Of a stretch of DNA of 64,000 bases, positions 50,748 through 62,072 are shown piece by piece. Source of the stretch: Nitrospirota bacterium (GTDB lineage Bacteria > Nitrospirota > UBA9217); contig CAWJQQ010000006.1 in assembly GCA_963845065.1 (NCBI GenBank), forward strand, positions 1-64,000, read 5' to 3'. The position numbers and the translations under genes are program-made. Within the stretch, counting starts at the first letter, position 1, and each line of letters opens with the position of its first letter. The notes below the pieces were generated by a model that saw nothing but the letters and a program-made list of their open reading frames with translations, was not told the origin of the DNA and ran no database searches.

Positions 50748-52796
50748 TCAGACAACCCTGTTAGCTTCTGTTCGTACTGATGTCTTTTCAATGACAAATA
50801 ATAGCTGGCCTTCGTGCACGGTCTCATTGAGCCTGGCGCAGACCTCGACAATCTGGCCGTCCAGGGGAGCCATGATCGCATTCTCCATCTTCATGGCCTC
50901 AAGGTTCGCAATCTCCTCGCCTTTGTGCACGATATCGCCGGCCTTGATCGGTCCGCGGGCGGGGTTTCCGATACGCCAAAGGTTACCGTTGATCGGTGCG
51001 CCGACATTGTTAGGACCCTTTGCCATCCTGATTTCGGTTTTTTTGGCACGCGGGGTCATGACGGTGTAAACACGCGTCTTATTATTGACCCGCATCACAA
51101 CATGGATGACGCCTTCATGCTCAGCGCCGATCGAGACAAGCTCGATGGAATAGGGCTTGCCCCAGTGCTCAAAATCCACGCGGTCCCCTGGTTTAGTAAG
51201 CCCTTTCCTCCATACATTGGTAGGTAGCGCAAGAGGGGCTTCGCCGAACTTGTTCCGGAATTCCAGGAACTCCAGAGCGTCATTCGGGTGCATGAGATAA
51301 AGGATGAACTCTTCTTCGGTGCTATCCCTCCCAATTGCCTCCTGCAATTCCTTGCGCAGTTTATCCAGATCGTCAACAGGTATGGAGTCGAGCGGGGATA
51401 CATCCTTGCGCTCCTTGATCTTGATCTCCCATTCCTCGCCGAAAGTGCTCTTGTAAACCCATTCCGCGGGCCATCCCACTGGGAGCTTTCCGTAATTGCC
51501 CAGTAGCAGACTTTTGAAATCCCCGGGAGCGGCCCGGAAGAGCAGAAGAAGCTCGTCCTGTTCAGCGGTGCTCATGGCATCAAAGTTCTGCGCTTTTCCA
51601 AAAATGAATTTCGTCAAAAGGTCGATTATTTTCTTTACTCCACGGTCGCCCTGCTCCTTCGCATAGCGGTTCACGATCACACTGCAGGTTACCCAGGTGA
51701 TCTGCGAGCCCGGTGTGACGTCAAAATATTTCACGATTTTGTTATACAAAGACATTACCTTCAGGATTGCGGGCATGAGGTGAAGGAATTCTCCCTTGTG
51801 GGCCTGTTCGAACGAACTTGGGAAGGCTCCTCCCGGCATTCGGTGAAGCGTTACCATGTGGTCGAGCCCTTTAAACGGCGACTCGGCCCACTCGTAATGA
51901 CCGATCCACTCTCGAACTTTTTGGACGGCATTTTCAGCCTGTGGTCTGTTCAATTGTACCGGGATGCCGGACTCCTCAAAGATCGCCTGTACCGAGAGAA
52001 TCGGGGAATGGCCGTAGAATCGGACGAGCGAGTCTTCCTCCACGTCGAAGATCGTGGCGCCGGCCTTTGCTGCTGAGAGGAAGGCGGGCACGGCGAGGCC
52101 ATCCGTAATATGGCGGTGATAGTTGACCACGAGCTGCGGATACTTCTGCTTTATCGCATCGATGAGGTTGCCAATGCGGCCTACATCTCCGACTCCAGCC
52201 ATATCCTTGATGCATAGCACGATCTCGTCGATGCCACAGCAAAGGTCCACTATGTCCTTAACTACGCCTAGGTAGTACTCATTCGTGGCCCAGTCTGCCA
52301 CGGTAAAAGAGATGGTCGGCTCGAAAAGACGCCCCCGCTTCATGACCATTTCTGCCACGGCGCGCATGTTCCTCACATCGTTTAAGAAGGAAAAACACCG
52401 CCAAACATCGATATCAACGTTGGATACGGCATGTTCAATGACATTTTTCGGGTAGGGGCGATAACCCCAGAGATTCGTTTCCCGGATTAGTGTCTGCTGC
52501 AGCACGTTCGGCATAAGTTCTCGGAGGACATTCGCTTCTTCGAAAGGGCTCTCCCGCCGGTTCATGATGCCCACGTGCCAGCGCGCGCCACCGTGCGTCT
52601 CTGCGCTGAAGAGGCCCATCGTGTTATAGAACGGTGCAAGGGTCTTCAAGTCGTATATACGATGACGGTTCTTGAAGTCCGACTGACCCGCGTCGCGCAT
52701 GCCAACCGAAGTGAGACAGACCCCCTTTAGAGAACGGACCGCAGCTACAATCTCTTTCGGCGACATCCCGGGTTTTACGAATACTGAATCAGTCAT
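50748..52796 (-). CDS. Pyruvate/oxo-acid carboxylase subunit B (carboxyltransferase + biotinyl domain)
   Basis: RDAGQS, IKDMAG, MPGG, VTPGSQ, EAMKMEN. Confidence 0.88.
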   Translation of the reverse strand: MTDSVFVKPGMSPKEIVAAVRSLKGVCLTSVGMRDAGQSDFKNRHRIYDLKTLAPFYNTMGLFSAETHGGARWHVGIMNRRESPFEEANVLRELMPNVLQQTLIRETNLWGYRPYPKNVIEHAVSNVDIDVWRCFSFLNDVRNMRAVAEMVMKRGRLFEPTISFTVADWATNEYYLGVVKDIVDLCCGIDEIVLCIKDMAGVGDVGRIGNLIDAIKQKYPQLVVNYHRHITDGLAVPAFLSAAKAGATIFDVEEDSLVRFYGHSPILSVQAIFEESGIPVQLNRPQAENAVQKVREWIGHYEWAESPFKGLDHMVTLHRMPGGAFPSSFEQAHKGEFLHLMPAILKVMSLYNKIVKYFDVTPGSQITWVTCSVIVNRYAKEQGDRGVKKIIDLLTKFIFGKAQNFDAMSTAEQDELLLLFRAAPGDFKSLLLGNYGKLPVGWPAEWVYKSTFGEEWEIKIKERKDVSPLDSIPVDDLDKLRKELQEAIGRDSTEEEFILYLMHPNDALEFLEFRNKFGEAPLALPTNVWRKGLTKPGDRVDFEHWGKPYSIELVSIGAEHEGVIHVVMRVNNKTRVYTVMTPRAKKTEIRMAKGPNNVGAPINGNLWRIGNPARGPIKAGDIVHKGEEIANLEAMKMENAIMAPLDGQIVEVCARLNETVHEGQLLFVIEKTSVRTEANRVV

Positions 52797-52859
52797 AAGT
52801 CTCCTCAAGCATTCAGACTGACAAGACGGCTAGTTTGCCAGCTGGCTGCCAATTAACGA

Positions 52860-54317
52860 TCACATCCATTTCTGCGGCCCCAAAGCCGAGATCTCCGCCA
52901 CATACCGCGCGATTTTGAGTACTTCATCTTCGCTGTTCCGTTCCTGGAACATGGAGATCAGCTCATTCATGTGCTCTTCGATGAACCTCGTCGAAAAATC
53001 ACCGGCTATGAACGCTGGGTGCCGAATGATGCTTAGCAAGAGAGGCGCAAGGGTCTTTACACCCTCGACTCGCAAGTTCCTGCTGATGGAGCGGTCCATG
53101 GCCCGCACTGCATCTTCCCGGTCAGCGCCCGCGGTCATAAGGAGCATGAACAGCGAGTCGTAATAGGGAGGAATATCGGCACCCTCATAAATTCCGGAGG
53201 CCACACGCACACCAGGCCCCATCGGAGTCTGAAGCCTGGTGACCGTGCCGAAGGAAGGGCTGAAGGTTTTCGGGTCCTCGGCATTCAATCGCACTTCGAG
53301 GGCCCACCGGTTCGGCCGTATGTCAGTCTGCTTAAACGGCAGCTTTTTGCCGGTCACTGCGTCAAGCATGATACTGACGATGTCCAAGCCGGTGATTAGC
53401 TCGGTGATGCCGTGCTCCACCTGGAGCCGTGTATTTACTTCTAAAAAATAGAATTTGCGAGTCGCGGAATCAAATATGAACTCTACAGTGCCGGCTGTTG
53501 TATAGCCGATTTCCCGCATCAAACGCGTTGCGGTGAAGCAGATTTCCTGCCGCAAACCGTCATCGAGAGTAGGAGATGGCGCTTCTTCTATGATTTTCTG
53601 GTTCCGGCGCTGGAGCGTGCATTCGCGCTCGTATAGATGTACTACGTTTCCGTGTTCGTCGGCTACGATCTGGACCTCGATATGCCTGCCGCGTTCGATA
53701 TATTTTTCAACCAGGATCGTCTCATCTCCAAAGGCCTTCTTGGCCTCCGAACGGGCTTGGGCAAATCCCTGGGCCATCTGGTCATCGTTCTCGACTTTAA
53801 CCATGCCCTTGCCTCCTCCGCCTGCTGCGGCCTTGATCATGATGGGGAACGCGACCTTGTCATCCTGCATCCACTTTTTGATCTGCACGATGTCGCTTAC
53901 ATTGCTGATACCCGGGATTGTGGGAACATTGGCTTTCTGGGCAATAAGCTTTGCCTGAATTTTATCTCCCATCCTCCTGATGACCTTAGGTGAAGGCCCC
54001 ACCCACGTGAGACCAGCATCGATCACTTTTTGCGCAAAGACGTCGTTTTCGGCTAGGAACCCCCAGCCTGGGTGGACCGCATCGGACTTGCTCCGAAGCG
54101 CTGCGTCGATCATCTTCTCCATGTGGAGATAAGACTCGACAGGCGGTGCCTCACCGATATGCACAGTTGCGTCAGCCATGAAGACATGGTGTGCCAGTCG
54201 GTCGGGAGTGCTGTATACGGCTGTGGTCAGTATCCTCCGGTCCCTGCAGGTATGCATGATCCGGACAGCTGGGACACCGCGATTAGCAATCAGCAATTTT
54301 TTGATCGTTCTATTCAT
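52860..54317 (-). CDS. Biotin carboxylase subunit A
   Basis: LIANRG, HPGWGFLAEN, GGGGKGM, QRRNQK, EVNTRLQVEH, YYDS. Confidence 0.93.
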   Translation of the reverse strand: MNRTIKKLLIANRGVPAVRIMHTCRDRRILTTAVYSTPDRLAHHVFMADATVHIGEAPPVESYLHMEKMIDAALRSKSDAVHPGWGFLAENDVFAQKVIDAGLTWVGPSPKVIRRMGDKIQAKLIAQKANVPTIPGISNVSDIVQIKKWMQDDKVAFPIMIKAAAGGGGKGMVKVENDDQMAQGFAQARSEAKKAFGDETILVEKYIERGRHIEVQIVADEHGNVVHLYERECTLQRRNQKIIEEAPSPTLDDGLRQEICFTATRLMREIGYTTAGTVEFIFDSATRKFYFLEVNTRLQVEHGITELITGLDIVSIMLDAVTGKKLPFKQTDIRPNRWALEVRLNAEDPKTFSPSFGTVTRLQTPMGPGVRVASGIYEGADIPPYYDSLFMLLMTAGADREDAVRAMDRSISRNLRVEGVKTLAPLLLSIIRHPAFIAGDFSTRFIEEHMNELISMFQERNSEDEVLKIARYVAEISALGPQKWM

Positions 54318-54546
54318 TACACGATACCTTTCCAGAAGATACCTTCCATTGTCGTTCCGTAGTACATAATTTTTTCCCAAATTGTTCCATTTGTCAAGAA
54401 CTGATTTAATCGCAATATCATATGGAGTTCAATCGTGAAGACTGCTGCTTTTCGCGTCTAAACAAACTTGTTCGAAGTGTAGTATCACACAATTGCCGGG
54501 ATCACCCAAACCGGGACCTAATACCTCATTCCCGGGTCTATAGTAC

Positions 54547-54576
54547 AAAAAAAACCCTGTGCAAGCTTGCACAGGG
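54547..54576 (-). terminator. Rho-independent terminator
   Basis: CCCTGTGCAA-GC-TTGCACAGGG hairpin followed by a T run on the minus strand. Confidence 0.85.
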
Positions 54577-54604
54577 CTAAAAAGACCTTTTCTCAGTAGC
54601 CTGA

Positions 54605-55369
54605 TCACCGTTGAATTTTTGCCTGTTCCATGATCACGCTATATTTATAACCTGCGCCGAAATCCTTGTCTTTAAATACCGTTCCCTTAACCGTTACGAT
54701 ATCGCCGACCGTCGGGTTGTCTTGGGAAGTTGCTATCAGGTCGTTGGTGCCTTTGGTTGTTTCACCTGTGCCATCCTGTAAATGTATCCAATTTTTACCC
54801 ATAATCCCTGTGGAAACCTTCACGACCTTCCCGCGAATGACGGCAGGTTTTTCATTTAATGAATCCTTTTTTGCAAATACTTCTGCAACTGTGTATGCAT
54901 TCTTCCCTGCAGCTTTTTTCACTCTAACCTTTTTATCAGATGCTGAAGATGCTGCTTTTATTGTATCATGAATTGCAGTTGCGTCGTTGCTCGCTACCTC
55001 TGGTTGTGCAGTAATTGGTCCGGTGGTAAAGTATATACTGTTAAAGGTCCTATTCAGCGTTTTGCTCGTGAAATTCTTCATTTCCATACCATGATCGAAC
55101 GTCATTACCTGACCTTTCGTGACGGCCATTTGCGGTACAGCAAACCAGATTTTTTTGCCCTTTTGATCCAGGCAAATATACGAATATCCCCCGGAATTCA
55201 TAGTTTCCACGACATTACCAGATACGATTTGAGGGGTGTCTGCAATTTTATTCATTTCGGTGCTCGGTTTAGACTCGGGTTTGTCCGCTTTACCAAATGC
55301 CCACACAGTGAATAGTGTGGTAATAACTGCAATCGAACCTAATGCAACTGCATAAGACCATCGTTTCAT
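54605..55369 (-). CDS. Exported OB-fold protein (NrfJ-related)
   Basis: Signal peptide; GGYSY..W.A, F.SKTLNRTF, IMGKNWIHLQDG, DKDFGAGY. Confidence 0.75.
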   Translation of the reverse strand: MKRWSYAVALGSIAVITTLFTVWAFGKADKPESKPSTEMNKIADTPQIVSGNVVETMNSGGYSYICLDQKGKKIWFAVPQMAVTKGQVMTFDHGMEMKNFTSKTLNRTFNSIYFTTGPITAQPEVASNDATAIHDTIKAASSASDKKVRVKKAAGKNAYTVAEVFAKKDSLNEKPAVIRGKVVKVSTGIMGKNWIHLQDGTGETTKGTNDLIATSQDNPTVGDIVTVKGTVFKDKDFGAGYKYSVIMEQAKIQR

Positions 55370-55493
55370 TTTTTTTGCACTCCTTGTTTGGATTTATCTG
55401 TAGACGAATCAGTTTTAAACTTTCGGGATTTTACAGCTTTTGGGACTAATAAGCAAGCTTGTTTTCTGAAGCTTTAGTTTTTAGTATGAAAAA

Positions 55494-56618
55494 TTATGCT
55501 GATTTATAGAACAAATCGTGTTTTACGCCACGGCTGATAAGGTAGCTGATGACTTCGGATGGTTTGAAGAACATTCGAAGCTTCCAGGCGTTTTTCTTGG
55601 ATTTGTTAAATACCTGCTCATCAAGCGTATCAATAAATCGCAAAATCTCCTCCCGTTCGTCATCGCTGAAATCGAAGGACTTTGCTTTTTTGATTTCCTC
55701 AATCGGGTCGGACTTCGTGATCCGGTCAACGATCTTCCTGGTTGCGGCATAGTAGTTGGCCCCTTCGGGGCGATCAAAGAATTTCGGAACGTTCAGGAGA
55801 TGGTTCGTGAGCTCCCGCGCTTCGGGTAGGTCTCCCATGTGTTCGAGGTTGATGCCGAGCTTATCAGAGCAGAGTGAGATCAGGTTCTTGACGAGCAGAT
55901 GGGTCTGTCCCTCCGGCGCACGATTTATGATGAGGGCAGGTGAGAATGACTCTTCGATTTCATCGATAAGAGTAAGCAGGTCGGGAGACGTCTTCGTAAG
56001 AGCATCCCTGAACCACTCGAGGGTGAACCGCTTTTCGCTGTCACCGCTTTTCGTTTCGGCCTCGATGAGAGCGGCAATTTCCCGCTGATTCTTGAAAATA
56101 TTTTGCATCTTGCGGAAGAGAGCGCCCTTGACAAAACTGTATGCATTCATTACCGCACCCGGTTCAGGAGCCGTGACGACTACGCCACAGTCCGAAATAC
56201 CGAAAAAATCGAGGGTGTTGAAATGCACTCCCGCCCCCAGGTCGATAATGACATAATCCGCTGGAAGCGTTCGCAGATGCCGCATGAGCTTGAGTTTCAT
56301 CCAGTGGGCCGGATTCGTAATGCCCGGGACAAATTCGGCGCCACTGATAAGCCCGAGGTTGTTCACTGAAGTTTCAACCACTAGATTTTCGAGGGATGGG
56401 ACCTTCCCAAGTATGAAGTCAGCGATTGTCGGCGTCCGTCCAAGGATGCCAAGGTAGGTATGCAGGTTAGCCGCGCCCAGGTCGAGGTCTGCCAGCACAA
56501 CGCTCTTGCCGCTTCGGGCGAGTGCAGTTCCCAATCCGATAGACAGGATGCTCTTGCCCACCCCCCCCTTGCCGCCGCCGACGGAAATAATTATCCCGGC
56601 TGGAAGAGTATCTTTCAT
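55494..56618 (-). CDS. MinD/FlhG-like P-loop ATPase
   Basis: GGKGGVGKS, DLDLGAANL, IDLGAG. Confidence 0.88.
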   Translation of the reverse strand: MKDTLPAGIIISVGGGKGGVGKSILSIGLGTALARSGKSVVLADLDLGAANLHTYLGILGRTPTIADFILGKVPSLENLVVETSVNNLGLISGAEFVPGITNPAHWMKLKLMRHLRTLPADYVIIDLGAGVHFNTLDFFGISDCGVVVTAPEPGAVMNAYSFVKGALFRKMQNIFKNQREIAALIEAETKSGDSEKRFTLEWFRDALTKTSPDLLTLIDEIEESFSPALIINRAPEGQTHLLVKNLISLCSDKLGINLEHMGDLPEARELTNHLLNVPKFFDRPEGANYYAATRKIVDRITKSDPIEEIKKAKSFDFSDDEREEILRFIDTLDEQVFNKSKKNAWKLRMFFKPSEVISYLISRGVKHDLFYKSA

Positions 56619-56751
56619 GCTGACACTGTAGCAGGTTTTATGAGAGCTGTAAAGAGCCGATAGCAGAAGTCAAAATATCAATGTAGCGTAACTGATACTA
56701 TCGCCGCCATCATGCGAGTCGCTTGCTACTTTGTTCTGTCTGCTGCCCAAA

Positions 56752-57234
56752 TTACAACTTATAGCCGATCTTGCGTAAGAACCCTTTTCGTTGTTCCTTA
56801 TCCATCGGGGTCTCGACGCCCTTGGGCGAGAAACCGTCAATAACGCCGAGAATGCCCTTGCCCTGTTCTGTTGAACCGATTACGACCTCTAGCGGATTGG
56901 CAGTTGCACAAAAAATGCGGCAGACCTCGGGACAGTTTTTTATCTGGTTAAGGATATTGATCGGGAAGGCATTTTTGATAAAGATACAAAACAAATGTCC
57001 CGCACCAAGGGACTGAAGGGCCGCAATGCTAGCAGCAATCATGGCGGCATCGTTCCCTTCAGTGCGGATGAGGCAAGGTCCGGATGCTTCGTTAAAAGCA
57101 ACACCGAACTTTGCCTGAGGCACCGACGTGGCAATGAGTTCGTAGAGATCTTCGGCTGTCTTAATGAAATGGGTCTGGCCCAGGATAATGTTGCACTCTT
57201 CTGGGATGTCAATGCGAACGGTCTGTAGTTCCAT
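56752..57234 (-). CDS. Adenosine-specific kinase family (DUF355)
   Basis: GQTHFIKTAEDL, FNEASG, CATANP, GVIDG. Confidence 0.88.
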   Translation of the reverse strand: MELQTVRIDIPEECNIILGQTHFIKTAEDLYELIATSVPQAKFGVAFNEASGPCLIRTEGNDAAMIAASIAALQSLGAGHLFCIFIKNAFPINILNQIKNCPEVCRIFCATANPLEVVIGSTEQGKGILGVIDGFSPKGVETPMDKEQRKGFLRKIGYKL

Positions 57235-57775
57235 GTCTGCCTCCTAATCTATAAAAGTAATAATATTATATCAGCTTCGTGATCTTAAAATCGATCTGAT
57301 GCATACCTTCCTGAGAGCCCTGTCATCACATCAGGATATCCCTTCCTTGCCGACATATTGCGTCGCTTGGTCGACTGAGAAGACCGATAAGATTCTTTTG
57401 CTGATTGTCGACTTCTGCAATTTTGACCGAATAGAAATCGTTAAGCAGGATTATTATCATGTCGCTATTTCCTATCTTTTATGGGATTCAGGCCGCTTGA
57501 TCCTGCCCAAGAGGACCATTCCAAACGCTGCGCAACATCGATCGCTGTCGAACAGACAGCTACAGCTATGAGGATAAGTCGCCCACCGCCGCATCTTCGG
57601 CATTAGCGCAACCGGCTCTTTCAATTATGCTCAGCACACCTGAATCGTGCACGAGCTGATTCTCCTTTGTGAAAAAATAGAGAGGTCTAACAAAACCAAA
57701 AAAGGAGCAACAGTCCGGATCAGCATTAAGAAGCAATTGTCATTGGATTATTATTAAGGAGAACTGCGCAATAGG

Positions 57776-58468
57776 TCAGAGCGGTTTTTTTTGGAGCACT
57801 GCTGACGCAGTTCCATTCTGGAGCAGATCGAGCATCCGCGTAATAGACTCTTCATGGAGTTCATGGATGAGCACCCGGTCTACTCCGCGCCGCCTCTTCT
57901 TGTTGAGAAACGAGAGAAACACCATGCTTTTGTAAATGCGTCTGTTGGTCTTAAATGAAAAGATAAAGCTGTCGAGCGAGTTCTCAAGAAGGAGGTCGCT
58001 TCGTTGTCGCACCGCCTTGCTAATCAGTATGGTCTGCAACCAGTAAGTCTTGTCGATTATACTGTCTGCCTTCATCTCGATCCAAGTATGGCCCATGTTC
58101 CCCAGTTCATCGGTCAAGGTCTCGTGGGCCACCGTGTCTGCGGCAAGGTGGGCCAGATAACCGTAGGCGAACGAGCGCTCGGGCCATGTCTTGGCTTGTT
58201 CGAGAAGTTTTAGTCCCACATCCCAGGAGTGAGAGCTTTTTTCATCGGGTAAATATTTCTTCCCGAGAATCATATCAGCCATGAGATTGCCGTATAGAAA
58301 ATCCTGTTTATATTTTTTCAGAAGGGCATGAATGCCGGCGGGCAGGATAGTTGCGCAGGAGAGCAATTCATTGCCGAGATACATGTGGGTCATTGGACCC
58401 CACGCAAAGGCCAAAGAGGGTATGAGTATGAATCCGGCTGCTAGTAATAAAATAAATGACATAGTCAC
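57776..58468 (-). CDS. Zinc-dependent phospholipase C family protein
   Basis: Signal-AWGPMTH, HSW, GYLAHLAADTVAH, HTWIE. Confidence 0.85.
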   Translation of the reverse strand: MTMSFILLLAAGFILIPSLAFAWGPMTHMYLGNELLSCATILPAGIHALLKKYKQDFLYGNLMADMILGKKYLPDEKSSHSWDVGLKLLEQAKTWPERSFAYGYLAHLAADTVAHETLTDELGNMGHTWIEMKADSIIDKTYWLQTILISKAVRQRSDLLLENSLDSFIFSFKTNRRIYKSMVFLSFLNKKRRRGVDRVLIHELHEESITRMLDLLQNGTASAVLQKKPL

Positions 58469-58942
58469 TTCAATAATAAATAATATAAGTATAGACGTAT
58501 GGATATGAGCTTATATAATACCCTATTAAAACCCTCCCCGTCAATAATAAAGTTGTCTCATCTACAATATCAGACAGTGTGGTCTAAAGTTTAGGGAAAA
58601 TAGCACGGTGGTAACTTTCAGGGCATCGTTTACAAGAAAAATGCTTACAATATCGTTCAGTTGCATATTCTTAACTGCTTGAACAATTACTCCTCGGATT
58701 ATTCTTGAACTTTATTTTTACGGCTCTTAAGAGTTATTAACATAACCTTTAACACCAACAAGCGCTTGATTGTGAACGATATGCGGAACACTAATTTACT
58801 GAACGATGTCCTGAACGTTGTCAGCTAGGGCTTAAATAATAGATATTAGAAATTTATGGGAGGCTTTACTGGCAAGGGGATATTGAGTGTTTTTGCAACT
58901 GTCTGAATTGCAGTGAGCTGTTAGCAACACTCAGAAAGGGAG

Positions 58943-59170
58943 CTAATGACAGCCTGCGCAGGAAGACGACGAACAGCCCCCGCACCCGGAGCTTCCGTTT
59001 GAGTCGCTCGAAGACGACGCGCCCGATGATCTACCCATGCCGAAACGCGACATAAGCTTCTCCGTATTCATCGATCCGCATTTCCCACAGGCGACAGATT
59101 GATTCGACCCGAAAACGAGCTTTTCGAAGTCGGCGTTACAGGTTTTACAATGATATTCATAGATAGGCAT
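58943..59170 (-). CDS. FmdB family zinc-ribbon protein
   Basis: MPIYEYHCKTC..FE..CGKCGS. Confidence 0.9.
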   Translation of the reverse strand: MPIYEYHCKTCNADFEKLVFGSNQSVACGKCGSMNTEKLMSRFGMGRSSGASSSSDSNGSSGCGGCSSSSCAGCH

Positions 59171-59273
59171 ATTTTTCACCTTTTGTACTACGGAGGAGCA
59201 CGATTAACAACCAAAAAAAAGAATGAGCCAACTTTTATCGCTTGCGACCGTGTTTATCAGTAGTCATGGCCCT

Positions 59274-59921
59274 TTATTTTTTCTCCAGTTTTTTCCAGTC
59301 AGACAGAAACTTCTCAATCCCGATGTCTGTGAGGGGGTGTTTCACAAGCTGGTCGATCACGCCGAAGGGGATGGTGGAAATGTGGGCACCTGCTAAAGCT
59401 GCGTCAACGACGTGGAGCGGGTTCCGCACACTTGCAACGATAACCTCGGTCCCATAGCCGTAATTATTATAAATCGTTACGATTTGGCGCACGAGATCCA
59501 TGCCGTAGTGGCTAATGTCATCAAGCCTGCCCACGAAGGGACTTACGTAAGCTGCTCCAACTTTTGCCGCTAGCAGCGCCTGCATGGGTGAAAAGACCAG
59601 CGTCATATTCACACGGAGTCCCTGCTCCGCCAGCACTTTCGTCGCTTTCAGCCCGTCCTTGGTCATAGGTAGTTTCACCACGATGTTTTTGTGGATCTTC
59701 GCAAGGTCCATCCCCTCAGTTATCATTTTCTCAGCCTCAAGGCTTACAGCCTCAGCGCTAATAGGCCCATCGACGATTGAACAAATCTCGGCTATTACCT
59801 GCTTGAAGTCGCGTCCTTCCCTAGCGATAAGTGATGGATTGGTGGTCACGCCGTCGACGACTCCCAGGCTCGCCGCTTCGCGGATCTCGCTCACATTTGC
59901 TGTATCAATAAAAAATTTCAC
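59274..59921 (-). CDS. fsa: Transaldolase / fructose-6-phosphate aldolase
   Basis: [29 protein letters not shown]. Confidence 0.93.
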   Translation of the reverse strand: MKFFIDTANVSEIREAASLGVVDGVTTNPSLIAREGRDFKQVIAEICSIVDGPISAEAVSLEAEKMITEGMDLAKIHKNIVVKLPMTKDGLKATKVLAEQGLRVNMTLVFSPMQALLAAKVGAAYVSPFVGRLDDISHYGMDLVRQIVTIYNNYGYGTEVIVASVRNPLHVVDAALAGAHISTIPFGVIDQLVKHPLTDIGIEKFLSDWKKLEKK

Positions 59922-59982
59922 TTTCATTCCTTTCTCATTCACATTGAGACGCTGTGGGGTTAATTATTTTTGGTAGTATACA

Positions 59983-61269
59983 TCAGGCATTCCGTTTTTG
60001 ATTCACTATTTCCAAGTCAGAGTAGCGCGATTCGCATTTCGTAATTAGTAACGCCTTTTCTAGCACCTGTACCGTATGCACAACTTTAACGATAGAGCCG
60101 GCCCGCATTAACGCATTTGCTATCTGCATTGAGCATCCGGGGCATCCGGTCACGACTGCGGCAGCTTTTGTCGCTATGATGTCTCTGGCCTTCTTTTCAG
60201 CAATACCGTTGGACAATTTTTGATGTGTCATTCGCATCACGCCACCGAAGCCACAGCAGCGATCGGCGTTCCTCATCTCCCTGATCGTCAACTGAGGGAT
60301 TGATTGGAGCAGGTTTCTAAGGACTTTCGAAAGCCCCTGCCCCCTACTGAGATGACAGGCGTCATGGACGGTAACGCTTCCCGCATACGGCGCGAGCCTT
60401 ATACCCCCCAGCTTCATGGACAAAAATTCATGGATATCGAGTATATTGAGGGAATTGCAATCTAGCCGCAGCAATGTAGGATAATCCTTTTTAAAAGTCA
60501 AGCCGCAGGAAGCGCATGCTGTAACGATTGCATCAGCCTTGACGGCCGCTAAGACTGCGACATTGTGCGCCGCGTGCTCCTCCGCAGCAGCCCTATGCCC
60601 GAGGGAGAGAAGCGGCCTGCCGCAGCATTTCAACCCCTTCGGGTTGATCACCTCATAGCCGAGGGAATTTAGCACGTTCTTAGCTGCCCTCCCGATCTCC
60701 GGCTGAAAATTATCTATGGCGCATCCCGAAAAGAATGCTACCTTCCCCCGTGTCCGTGGTGTTTGGCTCCCGATTGCAGTTCCCATTGTGCTTTGTACTC
60801 TGTACGCTGTACTTCCATCCTGCCCCTCCCCCCCTGCAGAATCCTGCCCCTTTGAATAATGCAGTACGAGCGGCGCAAGCCAGGCACTCGCCCGAAGTGC
60901 GGTAGGGTGTTTCAGCACTTCTGAAACGATCCTGTTGACAATACTGGTCCCCGATTCTCGAACTGCCTGTTCCTTCGCTGCTTGGATAATTTCAGCAACG
61001 GGCACCCCGCTCGGGCAGGAAGTTTCGCAGGCAAGACATCCGGTACACGTCGCAAGGCGATCTTTGTAGATGTTGGAAACTGCGAGTTTCCTCTCCAAAA
61101 CCGCTTTGACTAAAGACATCCTACCGCGCGCAGAATACGATTCTCCCAGTTCTTGCAGAAACGGGGGGCAATCAGCGCGGCAGGAACCGCACTTTACACA
61201 GCGCTCGATATCCTGGCGGAAGTGTTCCAAGAGCGTTGGGGTTATCTGATCGGAGAAGGTTCGCTTCAT
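59983..61269 (-). CDS. (Fe-S)-binding protein, GlcF-like (two 4Fe-4S + CCG domains)
   Basis: CVKCGSC, CTGCLACETSCP, CCG twice, HDACH. Confidence 0.88.
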   Translation of the reverse strand: MKRTFSDQITPTLLEHFRQDIERCVKCGSCRADCPPFLQELGESYSARGRMSLVKAVLERKLAVSNIYKDRLATCTGCLACETSCPSGVPVAEIIQAAKEQAVRESGTSIVNRIVSEVLKHPTALRASAWLAPLVLHYSKGQDSAGGEGQDGSTAYRVQSTMGTAIGSQTPRTRGKVAFFSGCAIDNFQPEIGRAAKNVLNSLGYEVINPKGLKCCGRPLLSLGHRAAAEEHAAHNVAVLAAVKADAIVTACASCGLTFKKDYPTLLRLDCNSLNILDIHEFLSMKLGGIRLAPYAGSVTVHDACHLSRGQGLSKVLRNLLQSIPQLTIREMRNADRCCGFGGVMRMTHQKLSNGIAEKKARDIIATKAAAVVTGCPGCSMQIANALMRAGSIVKVVHTVQVLEKALLITKCESRYSDLEIVNQKRNA

Positions 61270-61419
61270 CTGAGAGAATTTCCTATCAGGAGCAGGGAGC
61301 AAAGGATTAACACTATGTTTATTCAGATGCCTGACTTACCTACCCCATGCCTGAAGGCATTGTGTCTATAATTATTTTGGCTCAGTCGCCGGGTTTAGTC
61401 GCTGTTACTTTTTTTGTAT

Positions 61420-62058
61420 TCACGGCAGGATCGTCACCGGCGTTCCGAGAGACACCACACTAAAAAGTTCGTCAACGTCGGCATTATCCAGCGCAATGCA
61501 GCCATCGGTCCAATTCATGCCGACTAATGGTAATGATCGACTTGTTACAGCGCTTTCCAGGAGCCGGCCATGAATACCTACGCCACCGCCGAGCCGCGTG
61601 TCCCAGGGTGGTGGCTGCCGTTCTTCCATGGCCTTTTTGATCGAAACATATTCAGACTGGGAAATCATCCCGGACTTTAAGCCATACTCAGCGTGTTTAA
61701 GATCGGGATAGCTAAGGCCCATGAATTTATAGAACCGCTTACTGTGCTTCATGGTGCATATATAAAATTCCCCTTCCGGGGTTCGCTTGTCGCCCTGCAT
61801 CTCTTTGTCGCCATCCTGAAAGCCTCTGCCGAATACGGCCCGATAGGTCTTGACAGGATCGTCTCCTTTGTAGAGGGTCACCGTGTACTGCGACTTCCAG
61901 ATGATAAGCCGGAGTTGCCCGGGATGGGACGAGAGCCGGTCGGCAAGAATATCCGCCTTCGGCGCCGTTGCCTCTGGCGATGGAGATATGCAACTGAGAA
62001 GCAGGATTGCTGCGAGGAGCCTGACCAGGAAAAGAGTATTTTTTCGAATCCGCGTCAT
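61420..62058 (-). CDS. L,D-transpeptidase (YkuD) family lipoprotein
   Basis: GDKRTPEG, GIHG, WTDGCIA. Confidence 0.9.
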   Translation of the reverse strand: MTRIRKNTLFLVRLLAAILLLSCISPSPEATAPKADILADRLSSHPGQLRLIIWKSQYTVTLYKGDDPVKTYRAVFGRGFQDGDKEMQGDKRTPEGEFYICTMKHSKRFYKFMGLSYPDLKHAEYGLKSGMISQSEYVSIKKAMEERQPPPWDTRLGGGVGIHGRLLESAVTSRSLPLVGMNWTDGCIALDNADVDELFSVVSLGTPVTILP

Positions 62059-62072
62059 TTTTCCGACCGCGG

